The notes below the pieces were generated by a model. The model ran no database searches. It was given only the letters and a program-made list of their open reading frames with translations, and had not been told where the DNA came from. From Heptranchias perlo (lineage: Eukaryota), in the NCBI RefSeq assembly GCF_035084215.1, contig NC_090356.1:10664001-10728000 (forward strand): DNA of 64,000 nt, given 5' to 3'. Shown here one piece after another: positions 1-12,060 of this stretch (positions within the stretch are counted from its first letter, which is position 1; each line of letters opens with the position of its first letter). Made by a program: the position numbers and the translations under genes.

Positions 1-866
1 GGATGCAAATTCTGCTACCCTCTACCCTGCGCCCGCGCCCGCACCCCCACCCCTCCCAATTTACATTTACCGGAGAAGAATGCAACACGAGCTCAAATTC
101 AAAAGAGAGAAGAATTGCTTTGCCATTCAGTCCTTTATCACTCACAACACAGACTATCTAATTAGGCCTTGCCAGAAGCCTGAACTCTTTACACACTGCA
201 TTACAGTATTAAACGCCTATGCAGATTTGCCGTGACATTCATCTTGTGATGGACTAGTATCCTGCCAGTTTAATGGGTGAGAGGTTGCAGGTCACGATAG
301 TCAGAGTGAGTGTGTGTGTGTCAGTGTTGCCGAGGCTAAAGGAGAGAACCCAAGGTCAGCAGCCTATCAGAAAGTGCTAAAGTCAGCAGAAACAGCCAAT
401 GAGGGAATAGCCTGAGAAGCAGAAACAGCAGGCAGGCCAACATTACTTTATCTGCGGAGGACACTTGCTCAAGGCCTTCCAATGCAGTGCATCTCACCGC
501 TCTGCCTCTGACTGCCGAAAGCTGCACTGCAGGGCAGCAGAAAGGGCTACTGTTTCCACTTTCTATATTTATCAGCTGAGCACAAGATAGAAGCTCCACT
601 AAATATTCTACCGAGAATAAGGAGAGCTTGCCTTTCCCCAGAAAGGAGGTGTTACACGTAGAGCAAAGTGATTTGTTCTTGCTCAGATCCACTCAGAAAT
701 GTCTCAGCCCCCGAGATTTTTAATGCCACATTGTGGCATTCAGACGTCAAATCAAGTCACGTGTGATAAATGTACAGAATAATGTGGGATTTTGTCCTGC
801 ACTGGATCACTTGCTCTAATTTATACAAATGAATTCCCAGCAGGGGGTCCAAGCTTTTGTCTTCAT

Positions 867-1095
867 ACAACAGCTTGCATTTATATAGCGCCTTTAATGT
901 AGTAAAACATCCCAAAGCGCTTCACAGGTGTGATTATCAAATAAAATTTGACACCGAGCCACATAAGCAGATATTAGGACAGGTGACGAAGAGCTTGGTC
1001 AAAGAGGTCGGTTTTAAGGAGCGTCTTAAAGGAGGGGAGAGAGGTAGAGAAGCGGAGGAGAGGTTTAGGGAGGGAATTCCAGAACTTAGGGCCCA
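867..1095 (-). mobile_element. L2-clade LINE, 3' fragment
   Basis: Reverse complement ends ...gtgaagcgctttgggatgttttactacattaaaggcgctatataaatgcaag. It is near-identical to part of 15519-15925, which encodes the L2 ORF2 C-terminus. Confidence 0.85.
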
Positions 1096-1529
1096 GCAGC
1101 ATGGGTAGATGCCATAGAGTCTCGAGGGAGGGACGGACGGACTTGCATTTATGTAGTGCCTTTCACAACCTCATTTTAAATTTAAATCCATGTCTCCATT
1201 AATTAGCACGTATCTCAAGTTTCTGATTCTGACAGATCTTCGTGTGCTGATTTAAGATTTATCCATCAATGAGGCAACAGCACTAAGAACAGCCCTTTCG
1301 GATAAACCAGCAAATAAGGAATATCGGCGCCAATAGGACTGCATTGCCAGGGCTCAAGGAAAGGTGGCCCGTGGACTGCAGTGCGGACACCTCCTGCATT
1401 GCAGCACAAGATGAAGGTTATAACGTACTGTGCCATTGACTGGCTGGGCGTTGGTTTGCCCACATAGTGGGGTTCTGATCTAAGTCATGCCACTGGGGAA
1501 GAGAACAAAATAGAAAACTGATTGACATA

Positions 1530-1605
1530 ACCTGCTTCCACTGCCCTTTCAGGCACTGCATTCCAGATCACCACAGCTCGCTGTGTAAAAAAAAAATTCT
1601 CACAT
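1530..1605 (-). mobile_element. CR1 LINE fragment (part of an inverted duplication)
   Basis: Encodes NFFFTQRAVVIWNAVPERAVEA, the CR1 ORF2 C-terminal motif. Confidence 0.8.
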
Positions 1606-1672
1606 CTCTTTTGATTCGAGTCTACAATGCTGGCTTTGATTCTAAATGTATACTCTGTGGAGGACTGGTCAT

Positions 1673-1696
1673 ACATATATATATATATATATATAT
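1673..1696. repeat. (AT)n microsatellite
   Basis: acatatatatatatatatatatat seen directly. Confidence 0.9.
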
Positions 1697-2099
1697 CAAA
1701 AATATCCCGCTGTAGTACTCAAGAAGCTTCACATTGGACATGTAAAGGAATCTGATTTGTGCACATATAAATTATTGACTCACTTTGTTGATAACAATCC
1801 TTTTGTTAAAAAAAACAGCATATCCTCTGACTCGTTATCAGCATTGCCACAGGAGATCCGCCAGTAAATATTTAATGGCTACAACGCACAACATTCAACA
1901 AGCCCCGAGTACACAGTCTCGTTTTATGAGGGTGATGTGAAGACTTGTGTGTGAAGAGTTGGACCTGTGCTACAGCTGAACCCAGGCCAATGACCAGTCC
2001 TCCTCAAAAGCCACAGACCAGTCCTCCTCACTGACCAGTGCTCCTCAAAAGCCACAGAGTATATACATTTCGAATCAAAGCGTAGATTCGAGTCAAAAA

Positions 2100-2330
2100 G
2101 GAGATGTGAGAAATTTTTTACGCAGCGAGTTGTGATGATCGGGAATGCACTGCCTGAAAGGGCAGATTCAATAGTAATTTACAAAAGGGAATGGGATAAA
2201 TACTTGAAAAGGAAAAATTTGCAGGGTTATGGGGAAAGAGCAGAGGAGAGACACTAATTGGATAGCTCTTTCAAAGATCTGGCACAGACATGACGGGCCG
2301 AATGGCCTCCTTATGTGCTGTTTGATTCTA
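2100..2330 (+). mobile_element. CR1 LINE 3' end
   Basis: Decayed FFTQRVV..WNALPE coding sequence, followed by the CR1 3' UTR gggccgaatggcctcc...tgtgctg...gattctat. Confidence 0.85.
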
Positions 2331-2445
2331 TCTGGAAGTCTATTCCACATGTTGGTCACTCTTTGCGTGAAGAATTTCCCGATACAAGTCCTAAAATTAA
2401 CCGTATTAGGTTGAACTGGTGTCCCCTGATTCCAAGCTAGCGGTT
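2331..2445 (-). mobile_element. Old CR1 fragment
   Basis: Minus strand reads FFTQRVTNMWNRLP. Confidence 0.6.
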
Positions 2446-3052
2446 TAATTTAAAGTAATATTCCAGGTTAACCAGCAAAACTACATACAAAGTGCAGTCT
2501 GACAGTTTTAAATTGTCATTTGCCTGAAGATTTTATCTATAACCAAAACCAATCCGAACGGCCACTTAGTTCTGCCCACAGAGGTCAGTGGGGACATCTT
2601 CAATATGACCGAGGGAGGGGAGGGTCAAATCTCAACACCTCGGGCAGATACCCATATGAATCTTTTTAAGATAAAAAGGGGCTCCTGCAGCTTTCACAGA
2701 TGGTGGTCAATCCGGACGAGACTTTAATAATTATTCTTCCCCTCAACGTTCACCAGGATCTCCAGACAAATGATGCAAGAGAGCTGACAAATTTCTAAAG
2801 CACACACTTCGACTGAACTGAATGCATGACATTCAAACAAGATTTACAAACTCTTAACAATTTCACTCTTGCCCCCTCCTGGATAAATTGGAATTAAATC
2901 AGCCCCGGTGATTGGGGGGCTGGAAGGTTTCGACACTGCTTCTTTACCATAAAAGTTGCCCTGCGGCTCAAGCAGTTTGAGGCGTTGTGTTTACCTCAGT
3001 TTCACCACAGTCGAAGTACCTTTGAGTGTAACTACAATAAGTAAGTGACTAA

Positions 3053-3751
3053 GGGGTCGATTTTAACCCCATTCCCGCCCAGCGAGAATGTGCGTGTGAG
3101 GGGTTAAGATCAGGCCGAGTCCATTGACCTGCCCGAGGTCACTCAGTTCCCACCTGGCGACATCTTGTCTTCACTGGCTTTGAAGTTGGCCGAGGCTCCA
3201 GTTACAGGTAAGCGAGGGGCCTAAATTAAATTTAAAAGTCGCGGCCTGATGATATCATCGGTGCCACACTGTGATTTTTGCGACGACTCAGGGGGAGGGC
3301 CGCCCAGTGTCAAACCCGGCCAAAAAAAAACCTGGCAGGACACAGCAGAGAGGACAAGGTGAGTAGGATTTTTTATTCTTCGGAGGAACAGGAAGAAATC
3401 CTCGGGCCACTTTTGTCCCGGCCCTCCCTCCCCACTGCAGCATCTGTTTGGGAACCCCCTGCACCCCACTCCCTCCCAAACCCTCAGCATTTCACTTATG
3501 CCAGGGTCCATTCCCTTAGGTCCCCAGCGGCAGTCGGCTTCTGTCTCAATTCCCACTCCAGCCCGCTAACCCTGACCTCATTCCCGCTGGCTTCGAGCTG
3601 GACATCGATTTTAAATATTCAAATATGGCCTTTAAGTTAAAACCAGCCGGGCCCTTGCTTCCTTCAGAACTGCCGGGTGCTCCGTCCGCTTAGGGCCCCC
3701 CACGCACCCTAACCACCGACCCCCCAACCCCACCACTTCAAAATCAAGGCC
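3053..3751. mobile_element. Non-autonomous PIF/Harbinger-like DNA element (MITE)
   Basis: Imperfect TIRs ggggtcgattttaa / tcaaaatcaaggcc, flanked by TAA on both sides (3050-3052, 3752-3754). The interior is GC/CpG-rich. Confidence 0.6.
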
Positions 3752-4256
3752 TAAAAGTCATGGTCAGGAGGGAGGGCAGATTTGATTTGGAGTGATAACC
3801 ACGAGGCCAGCAATACAGGGTGCACCGCGCATCCCAAGATCACAAGGTACAGCAAGTGGACAATCCCAATCTCGTCTTTCATGAAAGGCACCAGTTAAAC
3901 CCAGTTATTGCAGTTCTTACATATTTAATTTGGTCTTTAGCATCGGTGATGCGGGCCTTCCACAGTATCCATTCTGAAGATCATTTTGCGAGTGAGTGAT
4001 CCAATGTGAAATGTATTGTGAAGAATAGTAATCCAGTATCCTGTTTCGTTGTCGTCAGCCCGAGACTTATGTCGGCAGTGACTTCCTATCAAGATGTTGC
4101 TACGTTCTGTGCGTCCGGTCATTTCCAACGTCATTTAAACAGTTTCCAATTCAATTTATTTATTAACGAGGTGATGTGTTTTGTTTTCTTGGCTTCTGTG
4201 CAGCAAAGTGGTCAAAATCTCCAAACCTACTGACCTTCAACCAATACTTGGCTTTT

Positions 4257-4610
4257 TAGAACCATACAGCACAGAAGGAGGTCATTCGGCCCATCATGTC
4301 TGGGCCGGCTCTCAGGAAGAGCTATCCAATTATTCCTGGCATTCCCCTGCCCTTTCCCGAGAGCCCTGCAAATTTTTCCCCTTCGAGTGTATCTCCAATT
4401 ACCTTTTGAAAGTGACTATTGAATCTGCTTCCACCACCCTTTCTGGCATTGCATTCTAGATCATAACAACTCATTGCTTAAAAAAAAATTCTCCTCTTAT
4501 CCCCTCTGGTTCTTTTGACAATTATCGTAAATCTGTGCCCTCTGGTTACCGACCCTCCTGCCAGTGGAAACAGTTTCTCCCTAAGTACTCTATCAAAACT
4601 CCTCATAATT
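4257..4610 (-). mobile_element. CR1 LINE 3' fragment
   Basis: Starts with the reverse-complemented CR1 tail (tagaaccatacagcacagaaggaggtcattcggccc) and continues into ORF2 C-terminal sequence. Confidence 0.9.
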
Positions 4611-5321
4611 CTACTCATTTCCATTTCTCAGCCAACGTGAAGGGTATTGTGAAGAATAGTAATCCGGTATCCCGTATCCAGGGAAATAGTTTTGCATCAA
4701 ATTTAACTCAAAACGTCCTTTCGCTGGAACTGCGTTTCCCAAGCCCACGTTCAACCTGCTTCACCCTACGAGAGTTTGCAGTCTTACACAAGAAAACAAC
4801 TGAACAAACCCAACCAGGTTACAAATCCTTTTTTGGGTGGGCAGAACCCAAGTTGAGAAGAGTCGCAGTGCAGTCCTGAACATTTTAAAAATTCTACTCT
4901 GTAACATTCAACAGTAGAATTTTACAAAACATCATTATTTTTGTGGCTGGAAAACACGTCGGGGTCCAAGGCTTCAAAACTGAACTCCTGCCCTGCTGTG
5001 GGCCCTACTGGCATCTTGGTGATCTCCAGCATCAATCACATCCCCTCAGAGGGACATACACATGGAAAGTTTCAGTCCGCAGTAAAATTACGGTGATCGT
5101 CATTAGTTGCAGTAGTCAGTGGCAAGTAAGGATTTTTATCAGGATTACTTCATCTGGAGGAGAGAGGATTCCTTTATCTGAGGTGTGCAGCCAGGTCTAT
5201 GGAGGCCTACAGTGACAGTCAGCCATTTGCCATACATTACCAGTGGTGCTTTTATGAACCTTTCTATTACTGATCTTTATGAAGATCATCATATTGATGT
5301 TATGCTAAAGTAAGAAGCATT

Positions 5322-5553
5322 GGGGGTAATTTTGACTTTGGGCGCTATCAATTCAGCTGCCCATTACCATAGTATGATACAGCACAAGAGGCCATTCAGC
5401 CCATTGTGCCTGTGCTGGCTCTGTGAAAGAGCTATCCAATTATACATCTCTCCTGATTTTCCCACTGGAAATGAAAATGGGGAGAGATGTATAATGGGCG
5501 GCTGAATCGATATCGCTCGTTTTGCACTATCGCCCATTGTCAAAATTATCCCC
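5322..5553. mobile_element. Palindromic MITE carrying a nested CR1 tail (~5370-5441, minus strand)
   Basis: TIRs gggggtaattttgac / gtcaaaattatcccc and an internal hairpin tatacatctctcc...ggagagatgtata. A CR1 tail interrupts the left arm. Confidence 0.7.
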
Positions 5554-7290
5554 GTTCAGTTCGACAGGTCCTGAGTGATACACTGATGTCCTCCAGCTGA
5601 TTAAAACCTTCACAACAGTAAATTTCTTCTCTAACATATTGAGAGACAACCTACAGCAGACTGGAATTAACATTTTTGGTAACTTTTGCGCTCATTAAAC
5701 TGAATGATGATAGTGCTGGAAAATTGAACATTCTCCACTTTTTGGACCAAGTGTTAGCACCTAGACTCTTAAGTCAGGCACAGCGAATTAGATGAAGGGC
5801 AGGGATCCCCCAACTCTGCTCTGGCAGTGTAACGTAACGTCAGCCTCTAAAGTGCACCGTCTACAGGCCCAGTGTGATATTTTGACGTCACACACCAGGC
5901 TCTGTTCGTGAAATCATCAAACGAATGCCAATTAGTTTTGTCCTGTGGGCCCACCCATACTGGGAACCTGCTTGATGTTCCCCGGATTGATTTTGCATCG
6001 GACTCAAACAGGAGATTTTCATCCAATTGTTCAGGGCTAGATTTAACTCCATGTCCCAGAGGTGGAAGTACACTATATTAATTCACTGCAGCGCCCAGTC
6101 CCACCTACAGCAGACTTGTGTTTGGATTTTCAGACTAATCTATAGAGATCGATGAAAGATCCATTTCACCTGCCACTTTTGCAGACGAGCCTGCTATTTT
6201 AGTCTCTACGGTCACCACCGACTCTGACGTACCCTCGCAAAACCTTAGAATCTTTTCGTTCTTTCCCCTTGCATCATCACTTTTTCGTTTTTCTCCCCTG
6301 CCATTTTGTTTAAGTATTTCCTCATTAAAAAGTATCTTGAATTTAACATTCAGATAATAAACTAGCTCAAGGGCACAGAAGCTTAAAAAAAAATACGAGA
6401 ATTGAAGAAAGGAGACAAAGCTGTCGTGAAAACGTTTAAAGTTTTCGTTGCTAAATACATCTGGCGTGGGATTTGTAAGTTTAAAAAAACACACGCAGGC
6501 AGAAAAATGATTTGCTTAGTCCTGATTGTAATATCAGGTTGCAGGATTTAAGTATCTGTTTGAGATTCTATTCCAAACCACATTTCAAAGCTTTTAAATG
6601 CTAAGTGCTAAATACAGCACCGACAGCAGGCAATCAGATGTTAGAATAAGCTGTCGTACTCGGTGGGAGTAGTTCCAACAGCCCCAATCCCAATGAAGCA
6701 GAACCACAGTTTTAGAATACTAAGAGTCTCTGAAAGAAAAAAAATTGATCCAAGTAAATGGGGAAAGATTATTGCATAATAACCCACGCAAAATATTACA
6801 CTTCAGGAGGTACAACATACACTAGGTCACAGCCACGTGCGCTCTGCGTTCAACTCTATCACAGGGACGGCCAACGGTCATTCTCCGCACTGGAAAGGAT
6901 TACACTGTCCAGCTGCACTGACCAGAGGACACCACTTCACTCTTTACACTCTCTCCCATTCTATAGTAGTCTTTATATAAGAATACTTCTTGTCATCTCG
7001 TTATGGGATCAGCAGGATTTTTTTTTTAAAACCAAAGATGTGGCACTTGAAAGCAAATCATTGAGGATTCCAGCGGTCTTCTCCCACTCCCCCGCCCCAT
7101 CCGCCCACCTAAACCCCGATGTTGGCTGGGCAGCCAACTTTCAATCAGGACTCAGAGCAATTAGCATACAGTCCATACGCTTACGTATTTTTTTTTGAAG
7201 AAACAAAATTGGATTTATAAAGTTGCTGTGAAAAAAAAGCTGTGCGAGCTTTCTATCAATACCACAGGGCCTTAGTTAAGTTGAATTTAT

Positions 7291-7467
7291 TGGGGTATAA
7301 ACTTGTCTCGGGCAGTGTCGTAAAACAGGCGACAGCGAATAGGTCGTGCCTTTTGCACTCCCTCCAATTGAAGTTAATGGAAAAGAAAATCGGACCGAGC
7401 GCAAAAGCGGTTTGCCCAGTCGCTATTGCCCATTTTACGCCACCACCCACGACAGGTTTGCACCCCA
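7291..7467. mobile_element. Palindromic MITE
   Basis: TIRs tggggtataaacttgtc / gacaggtttgcacccca. The arms stay loosely complementary around a central ttgaagttaatgg. Confidence 0.65.
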
Positions 7468-7783
7468 TCGCTCCTTGTCCTTCGGCACCACGCCGCAGTT
7501 GCTTTCGTATTTTCAGGTGGTTACTAAAATGTCTGACTCCCGGCCACAAGCGAGCACTTGGCTTCAAGCTGCAGAGCAAGCAACTGGGGAGGTCAGGGAG
7601 ACTTCCTCTTCAGGTGATGCCGTACGTATTGTGCTGGGTTCGGGAGGGTTTTCCTCCTGGCTTTGCCCTTCCTCTCGCACGGGCACTTCACCACTTTGCT
7701 CTCAGTCTCTGCACTGAACCAGACATTTCATCTCACCGTCAGGGCTACGTAACTTACAAAGCCCCTCAGCCTTTTGGTACTTA

Positions 7784-7950
7784 TGATGTGGAGATGCCGG
7801 TGATGGACTGGGGTGGACAAATGTAAGGAGTCTTACAACACCAGGTTATAGTCCAACAGCTTTATTTGAAATCTTTATTGGAAGCTTTATTTAAATTTGA
7901 TTTTCAAATAAAGCTGTTGGACTATAACCTGGTGTTGTGCGACTCCTTAC
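7784..7950. mobile_element. Penelope-like terminal fragments in inverted orientation, with TSD
   Basis: Arm 7823-7871 (gtaaggagtcttacaacaccaggttatagtccaacagctttatttgaaa) is the near-perfect reverse complement of 7902-7950. Flanks are ttttggtactta at 7772-7783 and 7951-7962. Same family as 41060-41135. Confidence 0.75.
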
Positions 7951-8354
7951 TTTTGGTACTTAAGCCTTTAAATTAATCTTTGCACATATTAGTGTGCGTA
8001 TGAAATTCCCGTGACTTCTATTTTAAACTCTTATCGCCATGAATGAAATGGTGGACAAAATGTATTATGAAGTCATATTGGTTTCAGGCAGCTACTTAAT
8101 TCAATACAAGCTCTATTTGTGGCACTCAAAGCATGAATTATTAAAACCAGTATTATTTGCAGTTTTAATGCCGATTTAAGCAGAGTAATGGACTATGGAG
8201 ATGCATTCCTTTCAATACCACAGCTCATTTTAATCTTTGCGCTTGCTGAAAAAAATGGATGAGAAATTTGGCACAACTGTGTAGGATTTTCCCCCTTTGT
8301 CGTCGAAAAGACTATTTAACGTGCCAACCTTGACCGTAAGGGCTTGTGGGCTAG

Positions 8355-8728
8355 TCAATTGTGAAAGACATCACAACTGAGCTGGATTCTGCCCTCACCA
8401 GGCATCCACAGACACCCACTTTCAGCAGGAGCTGGTGATTTAAAATCAGAAATGGAAAACCTGACCGATTCCTCCTTCCCACCCCACCAGCACTTTCTAA
8501 CATAGATTATTTGCGAGTAGTTAGGGTGTGTGAGTTCTGCCTGAGTTGACCCCTTCCGAGCCTGGGGGAAATGGAGGCCAATGCTATCATCCCCCCCACC
8601 TACCATTGCCCCAGCTGAGATCAGTTAACTCAGCACTGGCCAGAAATCGAACCTGGGACTTTCCTGATCAACGTGGCTCAGTTCCACCTGAAATGGCACA
8701 TTCACCAGCTGACCCATCAGAGCAGCCA
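8355..8728 (-). mobile_element. Old tRNA-headed SINE (family B; related copies at ~25430-25720 -, 26260-26540 -, 30195-30325 +, 39110-39450 +, 52580-52920 +, 54830-55041 +)
   Basis: Minus strand reads ...gtcccaggttcgatttctggccagtgctgagttaactgatctcagctgggg, with a B-box-like ggttcgatt. Similar blocks recur across the window. Confidence 0.55.
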
Positions 8729-10356
8729 CAATACAACCCTGGGAAGAGTATTCTGGTTTTATGGCGAGATGGATGGAAGTACATAAGCACAACGGGGACG
8801 GAGCATAAATATATCAACTCAATAAATGTGCAATTTAAACTTTAAAGAGGACTTGTTACCTGTGTATTAAGTCCAGAGAATAGTGATTAATGTTATGCTA
8901 GTTCCTGGTGTTCGCTTGATAGAAACTATACATTTGGGTCTCAAAACTGGAAACGGACATCTGTTTCTGAAACTAACCTCAAACTGGTGGGAGGTGAGGA
9001 AAAGCATCAAAGCCACTCCCAACAGCTCTGTTCGATTTACTGTAAATGTACAAGAAAAACACACAGCTACTTTGGTCACTGGGTGGGGCTACAAGGCCAG
9101 TCTCTAGCCCAGGGCACTGGATGGATATTCACCCTCGCTGGCAGCCAGGATCTGGTTCTCTTTAGGCTTGGGAGTGCGATGATCAGAACTACCCGCTGTC
9201 CAAGCTCCCGACCAACATCAAATAGGCTGAAGTAACATTGGAGCTCAGGAGCGCAGGTTGGGCACAGTAAGCAAGATTCTCCTCTCTGGTTACCCTTATT
9301 TGAACTCCCCCAGTCCATCTGCATGGCCCAGGAGGAACTCCAAGCGCAGGCCCGACTCTTGGCTGGGCACTGCAGAAGGAAATACGCTCCTGGCTGCTGA
9401 CATCAGGGCGTTCTGACTGTTGCTGAAGAGCATCAGTCGGAAAGGCGTCAAGGGCCTCCCAAAATAGGGGTGGGTGGGTTAAATAAATTGAAACATTTGC
9501 CTAGATTGTCTTCGGCCAGCTCCCAGGACCCCGCAGACCCTTGGGTCCGTGTGAGTCGGGACTCGTATACCACCTTCCAACAGACGGTGTCTCACTGGAG
9601 CGAGGAACAGGTGGTCTGAGAAGATTAATGAGGCAGGTGGCCAGGAACGCCCATTCCACCTCATTTAAATGTAAGCACTGGGGCTGTCTGTGACTGGTGC
9701 AGGTCCCATTAATCTCACTGGGGAAGTCCCAGGAAATCCTGGGCATGTGCTATGGGGGTAGAGACTTTACATTGCAGAACTTCATCCCTCTGTCCAGTCT
9801 CTGGGGAACACTGATTTTCCATGAGCAAAGCAGAGTAAAATCTCCTCTAGTGTGTCTTTGGGGGGGATGAAGGGAGAGGAGGTGGTTCACAAATGTAATA
9901 AGAGTTTTAAAGTGAGTCAGCCCTGAATAATAAACCCTTTACTTTTTAGCAAAACTATGGAACATTGTTAATGTCTATTAAAGGTACTTCAGGTGGTGCT
10001 TCCCTTGGTGGCTCAGTGACTTTAGTATCTGAGGCCTCCAGACCAGTAAGGTCCCAGGTCTACGGGTGGAGCACTGTGAGGAACCAGTCCAAAAAGATGC
10101 TAGTCAACCCATCTTCTTGTTCTATAGAAGTAATAAAGGCCAAAGACAAACCTTGCTACATCATTCTATATTTCTGAGGCAGCCCTCACTGCAGACATGG
10201 CTGGAATTCTCCTCTCAAAAGATTACCAATGATAAATTAGCAGAGTGATTGGGAAAAACATAAAATTTGAAGAGCAGCTACATTTGCCCTGAGATTCTCC
10301 CATCGAGGAGATATGAAGAGAAGCCCAGGTGCTTTCTGATAGGGGGATGTCTATAG

Positions 10357-12054
10357 ACCATCTTCAGCCAGAAGTGCCGAGTGGATAATCCATCTCAGCC
10401 TCCTCCCGATATCCCCACCATCACGGAAGCCAGTCTTCGGCCAATTCGATTCACTCCACGTGATATCAAGAAACGGCTGAGTGCACTGGATACAGCAAAG
10501 GCTATGGGCCCCGACAACATCCCAGCTGTAGTGCTGAAGACTTGTGCTCCAGAACTAGCTGCGCCTCTAGCCAAGCTGTTCCAGTACAGCTACAACACTG
10601 GCATCCACCCGACAATGTGGAAAATTGCCCAGGTATGTCCTGTCCACAAAAAGCAGGACAAATCCAATCCGGCCAATTACCGCCCCATCAGTCTACTCTC
10701 AATCATCAGCAAAGTGATGGAAGGTGTCGTCGACAGTGCTATCAAGCGGCACTTACTCACCAATAACCTGCTCACCGATGCTCAGTTTGGGTTCCGCCAG
10801 GACCACTCGGCTCCAGACCTCATTACAGCCTTGGTCCAAACATGGACAAAAGAGCTGAATTCCAGAGGTGAGGTGAGAGTGACTGCCCTTGACATCAAGG
10901 CAGCATTTGACCGAGTGTGGCACCAAGGAGCCCGAGTAAAATTGAAGTCAATGGGAATCAGGGGGAAAACTCTCCTGTGGCTGGAGTCATATCTAGCACA
11001 AAGGAAGATGGTAGTGGTTGTTGGAGGCCAAGCATCTCAGCCCCAGGGCATTGCTGCAGGAGTTCCTCAGGGCAGTGTCCTTGGCCCAACCATCTTCAGC
11101 TGCTTCATCAATGACCTTCCCTCCATCATAAGGTCAGAAATGGGGATGTTCGCTGATGACTGCACAGTGTTCAGATCCATTCGCAACCCCTCAGATAATG
11201 AAGCAGTCCGAGCCCGCATGCAGCAAGACCTGGACAACATCCAGGCTTGGGCTCATAAGTGGCAAGTAACATTCGCGCCAGATAAGTGCCAGGCAATGAC
11301 CATCTCCAACAAGAGAGATTCTAACCACCTCCCCTTGACATTCAACGGCATTACCATCGCCGAATCCCCCACCATCAACATCCTGGGGGTCACCATTGAC
11401 CAGAAACTTAACTGGACCAGCCATATAAATACTGTGGCTACGAGAGCAGGTCAGAGGCTGGGTATTCTGCGGCGAGTGACTCACCTCCTGACTCCCCAAA
11501 GCCTTTCCACCATCTACAAGGCACAAGTCAGGAGTGTGATGGAATACTCTCCACTTGCCTGGATGAGTGCAGCTCCAACAACACTCAAGAAGCTCGACAC
11601 CATCCAAGATAAAGCAGCCCGCTTGATTGGCACCCCATCCACCACCCTAAACATTCACTCCCTTCACCACCGGCGCACTGTGGCTGCAGTGTGCACCATC
11701 CACAGGATGCACTGCAGCAACTCGCCAAGGCTTCTTCGACAGCACCTCCCAAACCCGCGACCTCTACCACCTAGAAGGACAAGGGCAGCAGGCGCATGGG
11801 AACAACACCACCTGCACGTTCCCCTCCAAGTCACACACCATCCCGACTTGGAAATATATCGCCGTTCCTTCATTGTCGCTGGGTCAAAATCCTGGAACTC
11901 CCTTCCGAACAGCACTGTGGGAGAACCGTCACCACACGGACTGCAGCGGTTCAAGAAGGCGGCTCACCACCACCTTCTCAAGGGCAATTAGGGATGGGCA
12001 ATAAATGCCGGCCTTGCCAGCGACGCCCACATCCCGTGAACGAATAAAAAAAAA
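10357..12054 (+). mobile_element. Young 5'-truncated non-LTR retrotransposon of the CR1/L2 supergroup, distinct from the HER1-type CR1 copies here
   Basis: The frame is open from 10357 (TIFSQKCRVD...). The 3' UTR forms a stem-loop gggatgggc...gcccacatccc, followed by gaataaaaaaaaa. CpGs are intact. Confidence 0.95.
10381..11991 (+). CDS. LINE ORF2 fragment: reverse transcriptase and C-terminal domain; no endonuclease and no true start codon
   Basis: Motifs KAMGPDNIP, NYRPISLLS, QFGFR, LDIKAAFDRVWH, GVPQGSVLGP, FADD, ILGVTIDQKLNW and WNSLP. Confidence 0.9.
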   Translation: MDNPSQPPPDIPTITEASLRPIRFTPRDIKKRLSALDTAKAMGPDNIPAVVLKTCAPELAAPLAKLFQYSYNTGIHPTMWKIAQVCPVHKKQDKSNPANYRPISLLSIISKVMEGVVDSAIKRHLLTNNLLTDAQFGFRQDHSAPDLITALVQTWTKELNSRGEVRVTALDIKAAFDRVWHQGARVKLKSMGIRGKTLLWLESYLAQRKMVVVVGGQASQPQGIAAGVPQGSVLGPTIFSCFINDLPSIIRSEMGMFADDCTVFRSIRNPSDNEAVRARMQQDLDNIQAWAHKWQVTFAPDKCQAMTISNKRDSNHLPLTFNGITIAESPTINILGVTIDQKLNWTSHINTVATRAGQRLGILRRVTHLLTPQSLSTIYKAQVRSVMEYSPLAWMSAAPTTLKKLDTIQDKAARLIGTPSTTLNIHSLHHRRTVAAVCTIHRMHCSNSPRLLRQHLPNPRPLPPRRTRAAGAWEQHHLHVPLQVTHHPDLEIYRRSFIVAGSKSWNSLPNSTVGEPSPHGLQRFKKAAHHHLLKGN

Positions 12055-12060
12055 GCATAG

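Noticed and set aside
6135-6494. 119-aa minus-strand ORF with a charged C-terminal half
   Set aside because: No homology I can recognise, a non-ATG start, and a composition explained by T-rich plus-strand sequence.
7242-7826. 194-aa ORF and overlapping ORFs
   Set aside because: They span a MITE and a PLE fragment and have no recognisable domain.
10381-11991. Host gene, retron or domesticated RT
   Set aside because: It begins abruptly mid-ORF2 with no ATG and ends in a LINE 3' stem-loop and A-tail, so it is a truncated insertion.
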